Assembly (NCBI GenBank): GCA_963843795.1
Contig: CAWJLW010000004.1
Location: 1 to 64,000 of the forward strand
Direction of reading: 5' to 3'
Source of the DNA: an uncultured bacterium
GTDB lineage: Bacteria > Armatimonadota > Abditibacteriia > Abditibacteriales > Abditibacteriaceae
Length of the DNA: 64,000 nt
This document shows, one piece after another, positions 1 to 11,411 of the stretch. The position numbers and the translations under genes were made by a program. The notes below the pieces were generated by a model. The model made no database searches. It was given only the letters and a program-made list of their open reading frames with translations, and was not told where the DNA came from. The first letter of the stretch is position 1, and every line of letters starts with the position of its first letter.

Positions 1-405
1 AAGCGATTTTTCGCGCCCACGAGAAAGCCAAATGCAATCGCTGTCAGGCCAAGTATCTGGCGCATCTCATCCAACATTTGAAGAAATTGGAAGCCTCTTA
101 AATTCCAATTGACCAATCGGGCCAGCAACGCGACAGTGTTTGGATAGTGGAAAAATTCGATCACTTCCAAGTGTTGCGCGAAGTCGCTTTATTGATCGAC
201 AGCTTGGAGCCAAGCCAACGGCGCACAGGTCATGGCGTCACAGGTCATGGCGTTACAGGTCTTGGCGTCACGGGCCGAGCGTTTCGGGATGGAACTGACG
301 GAGAAGACGACCGGAAGCGGGAACAGCTTTCGCCCCCACTACAGGCTTAAATCCAAATTTTGATGAACCATAATCCAAGCAGAAAAATCGTCTCCCAAAT
401 CAAAA

Positions 406-441
406 AGACGCTTGACGTAGCGCGTCTATTTATGGCATAGT
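406..441 (+). promoter_or_regulatory. Candidate sigma70 promoter of higBA with an overlapping inverted repeat (operator)
   Basis: TTGACG (412-417), 18 bp, CATAGT (436-441). Inverted repeat AGACGC (406-411)/GCGTCT (422-427) flanks the -35. Confidence 0.4.
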
Positions 442-447
442 CATTTT

Positions 448-873
448 ATGATTGACGATGAGCCAATAGAGGAATCCGTGCCGGAATCGGACGAGCCGGA
501 GCAAGGCGAAACCAAAGCGGACGAGACCAAAGCGGACGAGACCGAAGCGGACGAAACCGAAGCGGATGAAACCGGAGAACCTGCCGAGGTTGGCCCGTTG
601 TATCGGGATAAGCGCACCGCGCGCTTTGCCGCCGGTGAGCGGGTCAAAGAGTTTCAGGGCTTTGAGGAGCAGGCCAAGAAACGATTGGTGATCCTGAATG
701 CGGCGGTCACGCGCAACGGTCTGGCAATGTTGCCCAGCAATCGCTTTGAGGCATTAAAGGGCGACCGCAAAGGGCAGTTCAGTATTCGCATCAATCAGCA
801 ATGGCGTCTGTGCTTTGAATGGTCCGACACTCGGGAAAGACCATTCAATATCGAAATCGTCGATTATCATTGA
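448..873 (+). CDS. higB: HigB-like RelE/ParE toxin with an acidic repeat N-terminal extension
   Basis: C-terminal PSNRFEALKGDRKGQFSIRINQQWRLCFEW...NIEIVDYH is typical of HigB. Toxin precedes antitoxin. Confidence 0.93.
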   Translation: MIDDEPIEESVPESDEPEQGETKADETKADETEADETEADETGEPAEVGPLYRDKRTARFAAGERVKEFQGFEEQAKKRLVILNAAVTRNGLAMLPSNRFEALKGDRKGQFSIRINQQWRLCFEWSDTRERPFNIEIVDYH

Positions 874-884
874 GGGAGAAAAAT

Positions 885-1229
885 ATGAACACACCAGAAA
901 AACGACCGATGGAAAAACGCCCCGTTTACCCCATCCATCCGGGCCGCGTTTTGGCCGATGAGTTGGATGAGTTGCAGATGACGGCGGCGGAGTTGGCGCG
1001 CGAACTTCATGTGCCTTCCAATCGGCTTTATCAGTTGATAAGCGGCAAGCGCGCCATGACCGCCGACACCGCCTTGCGCTTGGAGCAGTGGTTGGGCGTG
1101 GAAGCGGGTTTTTGGATGAACCTGCAAAAAAGCTATGAGCTGGATTTGGCCGCTGCCGAGATCGGTGAGGAGATCAAGCGCACCGTTCACCGTCGCGCCC
1201 CCGCGTCGGAACACGCGATGATGAGTTGA
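885..1229 (+). CDS. higA: HigA antitoxin (XRE HTH)
   Basis: PIHPGRVLADEL...LYQLISGKRAMTADTALRL...FWMNLQKSYEL. ATG at 885 follows a GGGAGA RBS. Confidence 0.93.
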   Translation: MNTPEKRPMEKRPVYPIHPGRVLADELDELQMTAAELARELHVPSNRLYQLISGKRAMTADTALRLEQWLGVEAGFWMNLQKSYELDLAAAEIGEEIKRTVHRRAPASEHAMMS

Positions 1230-1247
1230 TAAGGGACTGATGATCGA

Positions 1248-1285
1248 AAACCGGCCCTGCAAGTACTTGCAGGGCGGGTTTTTGC
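1248..1285 (+). terminator. Hairpin terminator after higA built on the GCAAGTACTTGC palindrome
   Basis: AAACCGGCCCTGCAAGTACTTGCAGGGCGGGTTTTT. Confidence 0.55.
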
Positions 1286-1345
1286 GTGTTTTTCTTAACG
1301 GACGGCATAGGGCGGGCTTATGGATGGGCGAGAAGGAAGCCGCCC

Positions 1346-2273
1346 ATGACCCACAAGCCCCAATCGCCCCCGCACATCGCCACAACGCCGACCGCGCCCG
1401 ACGACGAGGGCGAATTGGCGCTTTATGAACTGCCCAACCTCTTGCACGGCGCACGCTTCAAATTGCACCCGCCCGCCTTGAGCCCAGCGCGCCGAAATCG
1501 CCGGAGCCTTGACCTATCTCGACAGCAGAGACCCCACGCGGGCCGCACTGGTCAAACGCTGTCTGCGCATGGCGGCAGTGATGGCCCAAGAAGCCACCGA
1601 ACTGCTGAGCGAGGGCATGGATTGGGCGACCATCGAGCGCTTGTTTGCCCCCGACGAAGGCGAGTTTCAGGACAGCCCCCAGCATTGGCTCGCCATTGCG
1701 CGCAGCCCGTCGCGTCCCGTTCAAATCGTCACGCCCGCCGCACCAGTCACCATTGAAGCCACGACACCAGCCGAAGCCACCGTAGCCGCGCCCTCAAAAC
1801 CAACCGCCAAAGACCCCGTGCCCGACCGCACCACACTTTACCCCGAAGAAGCGGCCCACCCTGAAGATGTGTGGCCCGACCCGATGCCACCGCGTGACCC
1901 TTTGCCCGCCCCGCGCAAGGCGTCACTGCAAAAGCACGGGCGCACGCTGCGCAACGAGTGCAACGCCGAGCAGCGGCGCTTCTATGCCATCGCGGGCGCG
2001 CATGGACTGCCGACCGCAACCGCAGCGGGTGACGCCATCCGCGAAGCGCTCTCCGAACTCTTTCAAATCCCCATCGCCAGCCGCCGCGAGCTGACGGCGC
2101 GCCAGTGGAGCCAAGCGGCTTCCGCCATCGAAACCCACGACCTGCATTGGACGACCCAGCCCAAGCATCCCAAGCCCAAAGCCGCATCCAACGGCCACCC
2201 GTCTGCCAACGGCTACTCGTCTGCTAATGGCACCATCGCATCCAATGGCCACGCGAGACCGTTGCGCCCCTGA
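1346..2273 (+). CDS. Hypothetical protein, apparently frameshifted near 1480-1510
   Basis: ORF from ATG 1346 (after AAGGAAG) overlaps the 1509-2273 ORF in another frame. Pro/Ala-rich linker. Confidence 0.5.
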
Positions 2274-2543
2274 TGAGGGAAGCGGTGACGGCGTGCCGTT
2301 GCGACACGGGCGGATTTTCCTTTCGCCAAACACATTGCTCTTTCAAGGAGCCGAAGCTGCGGCGCTGTGCGCGCCCCGCAAGAGGCACCCCAGTTTCGGA
2401 TTGGTCGCTTTGCGCTCTGCGCTTGCTGATCCTGCAACCGGGGAACTGCGTTTTTCCCCACCTCTGGCGTTGCGCGCTTGACAGCGCCCGCCTTGTTTTC
2501 GGCATCAAGAGCAATCACGCTTTTGACATTGAAAGGAAAGACA

Positions 2544-3518
2544 GTGACCCAGACAGAAACGTCACCAAAACCCACACCGATATTTACACCAGCATCACCA
2601 AACAGATTATCGCGGCCATCGAAGCCGGAGCCGGCAGCTTTCAAATGCCGTGGCACACGGACGGCGTGGATACCTTGCGCCCGATCAACGTCACGACCGG
2701 CAAGCCCTATCGAGGCGTGAACGTCTTGGCCTTGTGGAGCGCGGCCCAAGCCCACGGCTACAACAGCGACCGCTGGGCGACTTACAAGCAGTGGAGCGAG
2801 ATCGGCGCGCAGGTGCGCAAGGGCGAGAAATCCTCTCCGGTTGTCTTCTGGAAGATCAACGAAGGCCGCGAAAGCGAAGAGAGCAGCGACAGCGCCGAGG
2901 ACGACGGCACGCGCCGCAGCGTTTTGGCACGCGGCTATGCGGTTTTTAACGCCGAGCAGGTCGATGGCTACGAAGTGCCCCCGACGCCACCGCGCCCCGA
3001 AATTGATCGCGTGCAGGAAGCCGAAGCCTTCTTTGCTGCTCTGGGAGCCGAGATCAAGCACGGCGGCCACCGCGCCTATTATCGGCCCAGCAGCGATCAC
3101 ATTCAAATGCCGAACTTTGAGAGCTTCCGCGATGCGGTTTCGTATTACAGCGTCTTGGCCCACGAAGTGACCCATTGGACGGGCGCGACCACGCGCCTTG
3201 ACCGCGATCTGAGCGGGCGTTTCGGCAACGCAAGCCTATGCCGCCGAAGAACTGATTGCCGAACTGGGAGCGGCGTTTTTGAGCGCTGATCTGGGCTTGA
3301 CCAACGAGCCGCGCCCCGACCATGCGGCCTATGTCGCCAATTGGCTCAAAGTCCTGAAAGACGACAAGCGGGCGATTTTCACCGCAGCAGCCCAAGCGCA
3401 ACACGCGGCGGATTATGCGCACGGCTTGCAGCCCCAAGCACGCGGCGAACCCGAACCGGAAGAGGAGCCGCAAGGGAAAGCGCCCGATGCGAAGGGGCAG
3501 TTTGCGCTGAATTTTTAG
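2544..3518 (+). CDS. ardC: ArdC-family antirestriction protein (ssDNA-binding plus zincin-like domain), frameshifted
   Basis: DIYTSITKQIIAAIEAG..MPWH..PINVTTGKPYRGVNVLALW..WATYKQW..GAQVRKGEK..VFNAEQ..LAHEVTHWTG. The C-terminus (PDHAAYVANWLKVLKDDKRAIFTAAAQAQHAADY) is in another frame. Shifts near 2570 and 3230. Confidence 0.9.
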
Positions 3519-5444
3519 GTGGCCAGTGCGCTGGGAGTAGCTACATCCGTTTCAAGCGTTTCGTCTTCTCCCCAAACCCTCGCGATGGTGTGCTGTATTT
3601 TATGCTCATTGCGCGCAATTTCAGTGTTTAAATTTTCGATCTCGATTTGATAACCCTCAATCTCCGCCACGATTTCTTGCTGCACATTCAAAGGTGGCAA
3701 GGGGATTTTATGGGTTTCGTAAACATCAGAACGGTTTAACCCGGGAATACCTGCGCCGCCTCTCAACTCAGGCAAATTCAAACTTTGAAAATCCAATATA
3801 GATACTTAAGATCAGATTGATCCGGTTCTGTTTGCTTAATGTAGTAAGTCGTATCTATTGGAAAACAATTTTCCTCGTATAAACGTGACTTCACCTGCTG
3901 AACCTTTCGACCAACAACAATTGCCGGCCCTCTACAAGGTAATCATCATGGTAGCCAGTTATTCCGTTTGATCCTACAACTGGAAATGGACCTTCTCTTC
4001 GTGTTGCTTTTGGCAGACTTGCACCGTATTCCAATGTGCAAACATTCTCAAATTTTTTGAGAGGAAAGAGAGATGTGCGAACATCCATTCTCCCGATACC
4101 TTTCTCCACTCAAATTGTAGTCGCCATTGGCAGCGATTTTGGTTTTTGCGCACAATTTGGCCCAGCGTGAGCGTGAAGATCGTTCAAGGCTTCACCCGCG
4201 CGCAGCCGCTGCAGATATTGCTTGATTTCACTTTGGCTTGGGCAAGTCGTTTTTTTCGATGGCACGACGCTGCGCGCCCAAACCAAAGCCATCGTTTTCG
4301 ATTTTGAAAAATCCGACCGTTTCACTGTGCTTTGGCAATGCTTTTATCAAAGATCAGAATTGAAGTTTTAACACCCGAATACGGCTGAAAAATTCCCGCC
4401 GGAAGCGAGACTACGGCCACTAGATAATCTTCAACCAGCATCTTACGCAATGCTTTGTAAGCGGTCTGGCTTTGAAAAATGATGCCTTCGGGCACGATAA
4501 TTCCGGCGCGGCCCGCGCGTTTTAAGATGTTCGGCGATGTAATCCACAAACAACACTTCGCTGCGGTTGGATGTGAATCGAAAATCTCTTATGCGGCTTG
4601 ATGCCGCCTTTGGGCGACATAAAAGGCGGATTCGCCAGAACCACATCAGAGCGTTCGTTCCATTTTTCATCGGAGGTCAGCGTGTCGTATTCGTCAATGT
4701 GCGGTTCGTTGAAGCCGTGCAGATACAAGTTCACCAGAGAGAAGCGCACCATATCGGGCGAAATATCATAGCCGCATCAGGTTTTTGGCCATCGCGCCCG
4801 TCTCGTCGGGAGTGAGCGTGTCATTGCCCTTTTTCGTCGCGGTTGGTTGCTCATGATATGCTTGTAAGACGAAATCAAAAAGCCCGCCGTGCCACAGGCC
4901 GGATCAAGAATGGTTTCGTGCTTTTTGCGGGTCGAGCAGTTCGACCATGAAATCAATAATATGGCGCGGGGTGCGGAACTGTCCCGCCGCGCCCTGCGAA
5001 CCCAAGCACCGAAAGCAGATATTCAAAGGCATCGCCTAGACGTTCGGAGTGGTCGTATTCAAATTCCTCAATGATTTTCAAAAAGCTTTTCAGCGTTTCC
5101 GGGTCGCGATAAGGCAGAGTAAGCGTTTTTGAAAATCTCTCGAAACAGTGGCGGGATGATCGGGGTTTTCCGGCATTTTGTCGATGGCTTCGCCGTAGAA
5201 TTTCAGTGTTTCAGCGCCGCCTCGCCCCGGTTTGCATCAATTTGGCCCAGCCAAAGCGCGCGTAATCGCCCGCGAAAAATTGGCGTTTGCCGCCGAGTTC
5301 TTCGACTTCGGCGTCCATGTCATCCATGAACTTGTAAATCAGGGCAATGGTGATTTGTTCGACTTGGGATTTGGGATCGGGCACTTTGCCCACAAGAATG
5401 TCGCGCGCCGTGTCAATGCGGCGTTTGGTCGTGGTATCGAGCAT
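3515..5444 (-). pseudogene. hsdM: Type I R-M N6-adenine methyltransferase fused to a specificity (TRD) domain, in several frameshifted pieces
   Basis: MLDTTTKRRIDTARDILVGKVPDPKSQVEQITIALIYKFMDDMD, VVLANPPF, GIIVPEG, VVSLPAGIFQPYSGVKTSIL, and HsdS-like GPFPVVGSNG and IPLPPLNVQQEIV. Confidence 0.85.
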
Positions 5445-5507
5445 AAAAATGAAAAGGCCAAGCCCATCAATGGCTGAGCCATAATGGGGCCTTAGCCAGT
5501 CGCGGGT

Positions 5508-8035
5508 TTAGCTCGTAAATTGATTGGTCTGCACATAAGTCTCGATATATTCGGGGACTATGGTGCGATATTTTTCGGGTACGGCTTTGAAATCAGTTGT
5601 CGAAAATGCGGCGTTGGTCGCCAGATCACCGAACTGCTTCGTGTTGATGATTTCGCGCAGAGGTTGCTGGTAGTATAAGCCTTGAAAAAATTGCGCAGCG
5701 CGGGAATGGCTGGCGTATCGGCAGGAATATGTTCGGCCAAAAACTTGTCAAATTCTTCTTCCAACAGTTCATCTTTGGATTTGAAGCGCGGGATTACGCC
5801 CAACGCTTTTTCGACGATCTCGCGCAACGAAAGACGACGATCTACGGCCGCTGCTTTGCGCAGATTGTGGCAGTGTGAAAAGTCCGTCCGGTTGGTTCAG
5901 CACATGGCGGTTGAGATAATCCACCGCGCGCTCCCAATCGCCCTCAGCCACGCTTTGGGCGATAACCGGCGAGGCTTTGACCTTCTCTTCGAACTTTTCC
6001 AAAAACATGCGGTCGATTTTCATGCCCTGAGCGCCCACAGGTTGCTCTTGGAGGGTGGTGAGAATATCGCTGCCCTGATACTCATGAGCACCACCGACCA
6101 CACCCTTTGAAGGGTCGCCGCCGTCACCAGTGGGCAGCGGCGGCAAGGTCAGAACCTCATCGTATTGAAAATCTTTTTCAAAGTACTGGCAGTTGGCAAA
6201 GAAATCAAACAGCTTGAAGGTGGTTTTTTGCGGCGCGCTGATGCTGTCTTTTAGCTCGTCATCGGTGATCTCTTCGCGAAAATCGTGTTTGCGCGTGCCG
6301 CGCCCCTTGATCTGAATGAAATCTGTCGGCGAAAAAATCGGACGGAATAAGCCGAGGTTGAGCAGATCGGGACAGTCGTAGCCGGTCGTCATCATGCCGA
6401 CCGTCACGCACACGCGCGCCTTGCTGGTGCGGTAAGCATCCAAGATGTTGGCCGTGCCGAGCAGATTGTTATTGGCGAAGTTAATGGTGAACTGCTGCGC
6501 ATCATAAATCTGCGAAGTCACCTGCACCGCAAAGTCCGACTGGTAGCGGCCCGGAAACAGCTTATCGGCCATCACATTGAGAATTTGGGTCAGCTTGCAA
6601 GCGTGATCTTGGCTGACGGCAAAGATAATGGACTTGCCGATTTCACCGCTGACCGGATCGCGGAGGGCTTCTTCGAGGAAAGTTTTGCAGAACACTTCAT
6701 TGGTGGCTTGGGAAGTGAAGCGCTTTCCAAAGTCGCTGTGATCGAAAATCTGCCGTTGGGTCTTCGCCGTTCTCGTCTTGAAACTCGTGGATGAAACCCT
6801 TTTCCGAAAGCAGTTCGGTCGTGACTTCAGTGCGCGCATCGACAACGGTCGGATTGACCAGAAATCCATCTTTCACGCCATCAAGCAGCGAGTAGCGATA
6901 GGTCGGCTCGCCATCTTCGCAGCCAAAGGTGCGGTAGGTATCGAGCAACATGCGGCGCTCGTATTCGCGCGGGTCGGAAGTTGTCGGATTGGTGCGGTCG
7001 AAATGCTTCAGGTATTCGCGTGGCGTGGCGGTCAAACCCAGCTTGTAGCCCACGAAATACTCAAAGACCGCGCGCGCGTTGCCGCCGATGGAGCGGTGCG
7101 CTTCGTCAGAGATCACCAGATCAAAGTCAGTCGGCGAAAAGAGCGACTTGTATTTGTTGTTGAAAAGCAGCGATTGCACCGTGGTGACGACGATTTCGGC
7201 GTGCTGCCAATCGTCGCGATTTTCTTTGAAAATCACGGTTTTGTAATCGTTGGCCAGCAGCGTGGTGAAGGCTTTTTTGGCCTGATCTTCCAATTCGAGA
7301 CGATCCACTAAAAAGAGCACGCGGCGCGCATTGCCCGAGCGCAGAAACAGTTTGATGACCGCCGCCGACAAGAGCGTTTTGCCGGTGCCGGTCGCCATCT
7401 CGAAAAGGAAGCGATCTTTGTTGGCGCTGACGGCGGCTTGCAACTGGTGAACGGCTTTTTCTTGGTAGGGACGCAAAAAGCGCAGCTTGTTGGCTTGAAT
7501 GTAAGCGGGCCGCTCCGCTTCGTTTTTCCACGCCGCCACCGTTTGGTATTCGGGGCGTTGGGTCAGGGCGATGTAATCCGCGCCCACCGTTTCAGCGATC
7601 AGCTTTTGCGGATCGGGTGCGCTTTTGCTGTAACCGATCACCGATTGCGGCGAGGGAAACGCCGTGATGAGGCTTGGGACTGCCGCGCTCTAAATCCCAG
7701 AAATAATGCAGATTGCCATTGGACAAAATCACGAAACGACAGTTGAGTGAACGGGCGTATCTGCGCGCTTGCTCTTTGCCGATCAACGGCTCTTTGTCCT
7801 CAGCTTTGGCTTCCAATACGATGAGCGGCGAACCTTTGGCATCGAGCAAAAGAAAGTCGATGAAGCCTTTGCTGGCCTTCTCAAAGTTCTCTCCCAACTC
7901 GTTCAATGCGGTTTTGGTTAACGCCACGCCGGGTTCCAGACGGATGTTCGCGGGGCCGTCAACATCCGCAAAAAAACGCCATCCCGCCGCTTCCAACAAA
8001 CGATTGATTTTAATTCTGGCAGTCGCTTCTTTCAT
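5508..8035 (-). pseudogene. hsdR: Type I R-M restriction subunit (EcoEI-like DEAD/H helicase-nuclease), frameshifted
   Basis: IDFLLLD..LEAK nuclease, LRPYQ, MATGTGKT, DEAHRS, GLTATP, TGYDCP and QIKGRGTR motifs spread over ORFs 7592-8035, 6697-7641, 5769-6869 and 5558-5827. Confidence 0.88.
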
Positions 8036-8422
8036 AGGTCAATGGATAAAACTAATTGACTTACTATGATGCCACACTTTTTGACGGAAGCGGCGACTGT
8101 CTGCCCAATAATGCTTCGGCCCATGTGCTCAGGCCCGACAATAGCGTTTTGCAAGTACTTGCTGGCCACATTGACCGGATGTAGGATCGCTTGTGCAGTC
8201 TCGTCTTTCTATGTGTTGTGAGGCGTTACTTTCCGCAGCCAGCAGTCATCGAGCCAACCTTTGTTCTGAAATCTACCAATCCACGCGCCTAATGACTTCA
8301 AGGCCCGGCCCGCTCCATTCGCTGCGCTCCCGTGTGGAACCGTTGAAGTCGGCGCGCGCTCGGGTAAGCCGCTTTCAGAAGGTTGGCAATGCCGCTGGCC
8401 TCAACACAAAAGGGAACACCCC

Positions 8423-8698
8423 ATGACAACGACCGAAAAAACCAACGAGACCGCCAACGCAACCAACAGCCCGCCCGTGGCCAAACTGCGCATCGGCTTA
8501 ATCAACGCCAGCATCTGGAAACGCACCCACGCCGAAGGCACTTTCCATTCGGTCAGTTTCGAGCGTCGCTACCGTGACAAAGACGGCCAGTGGCATTCCT
8601 CGCAGAGCTTCAACACCGACGATCTTCTGGTGCTGGCCAAGCTCGCCGATCAGGTGCATAGCGAAATCTTGCAATTGCGCAGCGGAGACGCTGAATAA
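8423..8698 (+). CDS. Small hypothetical protein typical of mobile elements (possible ssDNA-binding fold)
   Basis: PVAKLRIGLINASIWK..SVSFERRYRDKDGQWHSSQSF..DDLLVLAKLAD. AAAGGGA RBS upstream and a hairpin downstream. Confidence 0.65.
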   Translation: MTTTEKTNETANATNSPPVAKLRIGLINASIWKRTHAEGTFHSVSFERRYRDKDGQWHSSQSFNTDDLLVLAKLADQVHSEILQLRSGDAE

Positions 8699-8854
8699 AC
8701 GCAAAAGGGGCGGCTCCTTGAGCCGCCCCGCGATTATTCTGGTTCTGGCCCAATATTGTGCGGCAACAGCGGTGGATATCGACAACCCCACCAGGCGTCT
8801 AAAACAAAACGTGGTAATTTTAAGCGCGCGATATGTGAACACCTAAATGTCATT

Positions 8855-9425
8855 CTAAAGCAGCGTTTCATATTCGCTGAGCCTTTGGACCGTTTGAGGC
8901 AGGGGAATAGCCCGTAAGTGATCCAAATGTTCTTGGACTGTGCGGGGAGGTTTCTTTAGTAGCTCTCGTTGATCTTTGACGCACTTGCAGACTTTGCCGG
9001 GATGTAAATCTATTTGAGAACATATAAAATCGTCTGGATGAATAGCTTCGATGTCCCACTTTTCTAGCTCTGATGCGGGAAAATCTTTTACGTTCATCGT
9101 GATAATTCCACCTGCACCACATTTGATAGCTGCCGCCAACACATGCCTGTCGTCTAGGTCATGCAAAGACAAAATATCAATGAGTGGCTCATAGCCCGTC
9201 ACCAAAGCATCCCTTACATGCATATCCATCAGATCCCTAGTTCTTTCTAGTTTGCTGAATGGAATGTCAGGCATGTTATTATGGACATTTCGCATCCATT
9301 CGTCATGGATTTGCGCAGTCCATCTCGCTTTGAACATATCGGTGAGAGCAAGATGCATTAAAAGCCCGCGTAAATTCTAGAGGGTACAAAACGCATGCAT
9401 CGTAAATGACAGTGAATTTAGCCAT
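8855..9425 (-). CDS. PIN-domain (VapC-like) toxin with a frameshift near the 5' end
   Basis: MAKFTVIYDACVLYP from 9425, then WTAQIHDEW..DLDDRHVLAAAIKCGAGGIITMNVKDFP..IHPDDF. Confidence 0.85.
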
Positions 9426-9484
9426 AGCTCGCTTAAGCACACAAAATAAAACTTCAGCATCCTAAGGATACTGAAGTTTTATAT

Positions 9485-9979
9485 TTAGTAGTCAGGGCCG
9501 ATTTCCTCGGATAGTTCTGACAGTTCTCGCAAGGCAGCCAAGCGCTTCGTATCCACCTCTTCCTTGTAACGTACAACATCTTCAAGATATACGCGCCGAT
9601 GGGTACCGACTTTGTGATAGTCGATTTTCCCATTTTCCAGTAAGTTAATGAAATACGGGCGTGACACATTCAAAATTTCACTAGCCTCAACGGTGGTGAG
9701 AACACAATTTTGGGGCAAAATGCTAATACCTTTCCCCAAAGACATCTGAGTGAGGATCTCATTCAAAAGCTCCAACGCCGAGGACGGCAAACAGACTACC
9801 TCGTGCTCTCCATCTAACCGGATCTCTATTTTGACTGGCCCAGAAGAGGGGGATTTTGCCTCCCTCACACGCAAGCCTCCTAATAAATGCGAAAGCTTTT
9901 GGCTAGATTCCTTTGCCATCGCGCTCTCAGATGGGGTAGGCAAAAGCGAACTGGGCATTTGTTTAATTTGTGTGCTCAT
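9485..9979 (-). CDS. Excisionase-family HTH_17 DNA-binding protein, probable antitoxin of the PIN gene
   Basis: LTTVEASEILNVSRPYFINLLENGKIDYHKVGTHRRVYLEDVVRYK, directly upstream of the PIN gene. Confidence 0.88.
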   Translation of the reverse strand: MSTQIKQMPSSLLPTPSESAMAKESSQKLSHLLGGLRVREAKSPSSGPVKIEIRLDGEHEVVCLPSSALELLNEILTQMSLGKGISILPQNCVLTTVEASEILNVSRPYFINLLENGKIDYHKVGTHRRVYLEDVVRYKEEVDTKRLAALRELSELSEEIGPDY

Positions 9980-10126
9980 TTTAATCACCTTTTCATTTGT
10001 GCCTAAGGGTACGAACTGGTGTTGGGACATCCTCTAACTTTCGTACCTCTCTACTTGTTTATACCTTAAACGCAATAAGTGCAACAAAGGTTTCGTCTCG
10101 TTGTTTTCAAATATAGGAGCGTGATA

Positions 10127-10330
10127 GGCGATACCGTATATATACGGTATCGCCCTTTTTATCTCCGACCCTATGAGGTATATATACCTCATAGGGTACG
10201 GCCACCCACTGCTATGCAATAGGTATATATACCTATTGCATAGCAGTGGGTGGCCGCGCGTACACGCGAATCACATCAAGTGTGTAGAAAGGCCTCATGA
10301 GGTATATATACCTCATGAGGCCTTTCTACA
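10127..10330. repeat. Four perfect palindromes (28, 30, 58 and 48 bp) sharing a GTATATATAC centre
   Basis: 10127-10154, 10168-10197, 10199-10256 and 10283-10330 are each fully self-complementary. Confidence 0.97.
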
Positions 10331-11215
10331 ATGAATGAAATCCTTCTTACCAAATTGAGAGCTATGACTGCGGAAACTTTAACCGGCGCTCCTGGTTCAG
10401 TTTTTACTCAAACGCAAATCAGTAGCTTTCTTGAGAAGCTAAAATCTAATGATGAGGAGCTAACTTCAGTATCACTTAGCAGTTTCATCAAATTCCTTTT
10501 GGATGAGCCTTTCTTGAGCGAAACTCGCCTAGATTTTCCTCACCGTTCGTTGCTACGTTTTTTGAAAAGTAATGAGGATGCAAACCTTTTTGAGCTAGCA
10601 CAGTCTCTTGCCCCACATGGCTATTTGTCACACAGATCTGCAATTGAGATACATGGCTTGTCGAAAAAAAACTCTCAGACCTTTTATGTCAATGAGGAGC
10701 AAACTCCGAAGCCTGAAAATAGTTCAGATATGCAACAGTCTAATATCGACCGGAGTTTCAGAAAATCGCCCCGTGTCTCCAACAACTTTATCTCGATTGA
10801 GGGGAACAAATTTTATGTGTTAAACGGGAAAAATACCAAAAATGCAGGTGCGATAGATTACGAGTTGCCTAATGGTGCAATTGTTCGTGTTACTGGTGTC
10901 GAAAGAACTTTGATAGATATTGTAGTCAGACCCTTTTACGCAGGGGGTGTTGAAGAAGTAATAACAGCCTATCAACGTGCCATTTCTAAAATCAATCCTG
11001 ATCTGATGATTAAGCTTTTGGCGCGCTGCCATCATGCCTATCCTTACCATCAGGCTATTGGCTTCTACATGGAGAGAGCAGGAGGCTATGAAAAAGACGT
11101 TATCCAGATTTTCGGCAATATGCCACGCGACTATGATTTTTATTTAGATAATAAAATGAAAGATCCCAACTACTCAGAAAAATGGCGTATCTACTATCCA
11201 AGAGAATTAGACTGA
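10331..11215 (+). CDS. AbiEi-like (type IV TA antitoxin/regulator) protein with no adjacent AbiEii
   Basis: GYLSHRSAIEIHGL and VRVTGVERTLIDIVVRPFYAGGVEEV are typical of AbiEi C-terminal domains. Low GC. Confidence 0.7.
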   Translation: MNEILLTKLRAMTAETLTGAPGSVFTQTQISSFLEKLKSNDEELTSVSLSSFIKFLLDEPFLSETRLDFPHRSLLRFLKSNEDANLFELAQSLAPHGYLSHRSAIEIHGLSKKNSQTFYVNEEQTPKPENSSDMQQSNIDRSFRKSPRVSNNFISIEGNKFYVLNGKNTKNAGAIDYELPNGAIVRVTGVERTLIDIVVRPFYAGGVEEVITAYQRAISKINPDLMIKLLARCHHAYPYHQAIGFYMERAGGYEKDVIQIFGNMPRDYDFYLDNKMKDPNYSEKWRIYYPRELD

Positions 11216-11341
11216 ATTCAGATGCCCACTTTAATCCTAATTCCAAGTAGACAGAAGTGCATCCACCATCAAGACACATCAAAATTAGGACTTACAGATT
11301 TTAAGCGCTTGTATCAATTCTAAAGGAGCGTTGAGAATGGC

Positions 11342-11372
11342 TTGACCGTAAATGAAACGTCCGTTTCATTTA
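11342..11372 (+). promoter_or_regulatory. Inverted repeat (candidate res/operator site) next to a TTGACC box upstream of the resolvase
   Basis: TAAATGAAACG-TC-CGTTTCATTTA at 11349-11372. Confidence 0.55.
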
Positions 11373-11411
11373 TGGACAAAAGCCCTAAAAAAGCCCAAAC
11401 TGTGACCCACC

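Noticed and set aside
10127..10330. Firm call as a protelomerase telRL site
   Set aside because: There is no protelomerase gene in the window and four different sites would be atypical. Kept only as a hypothesis.
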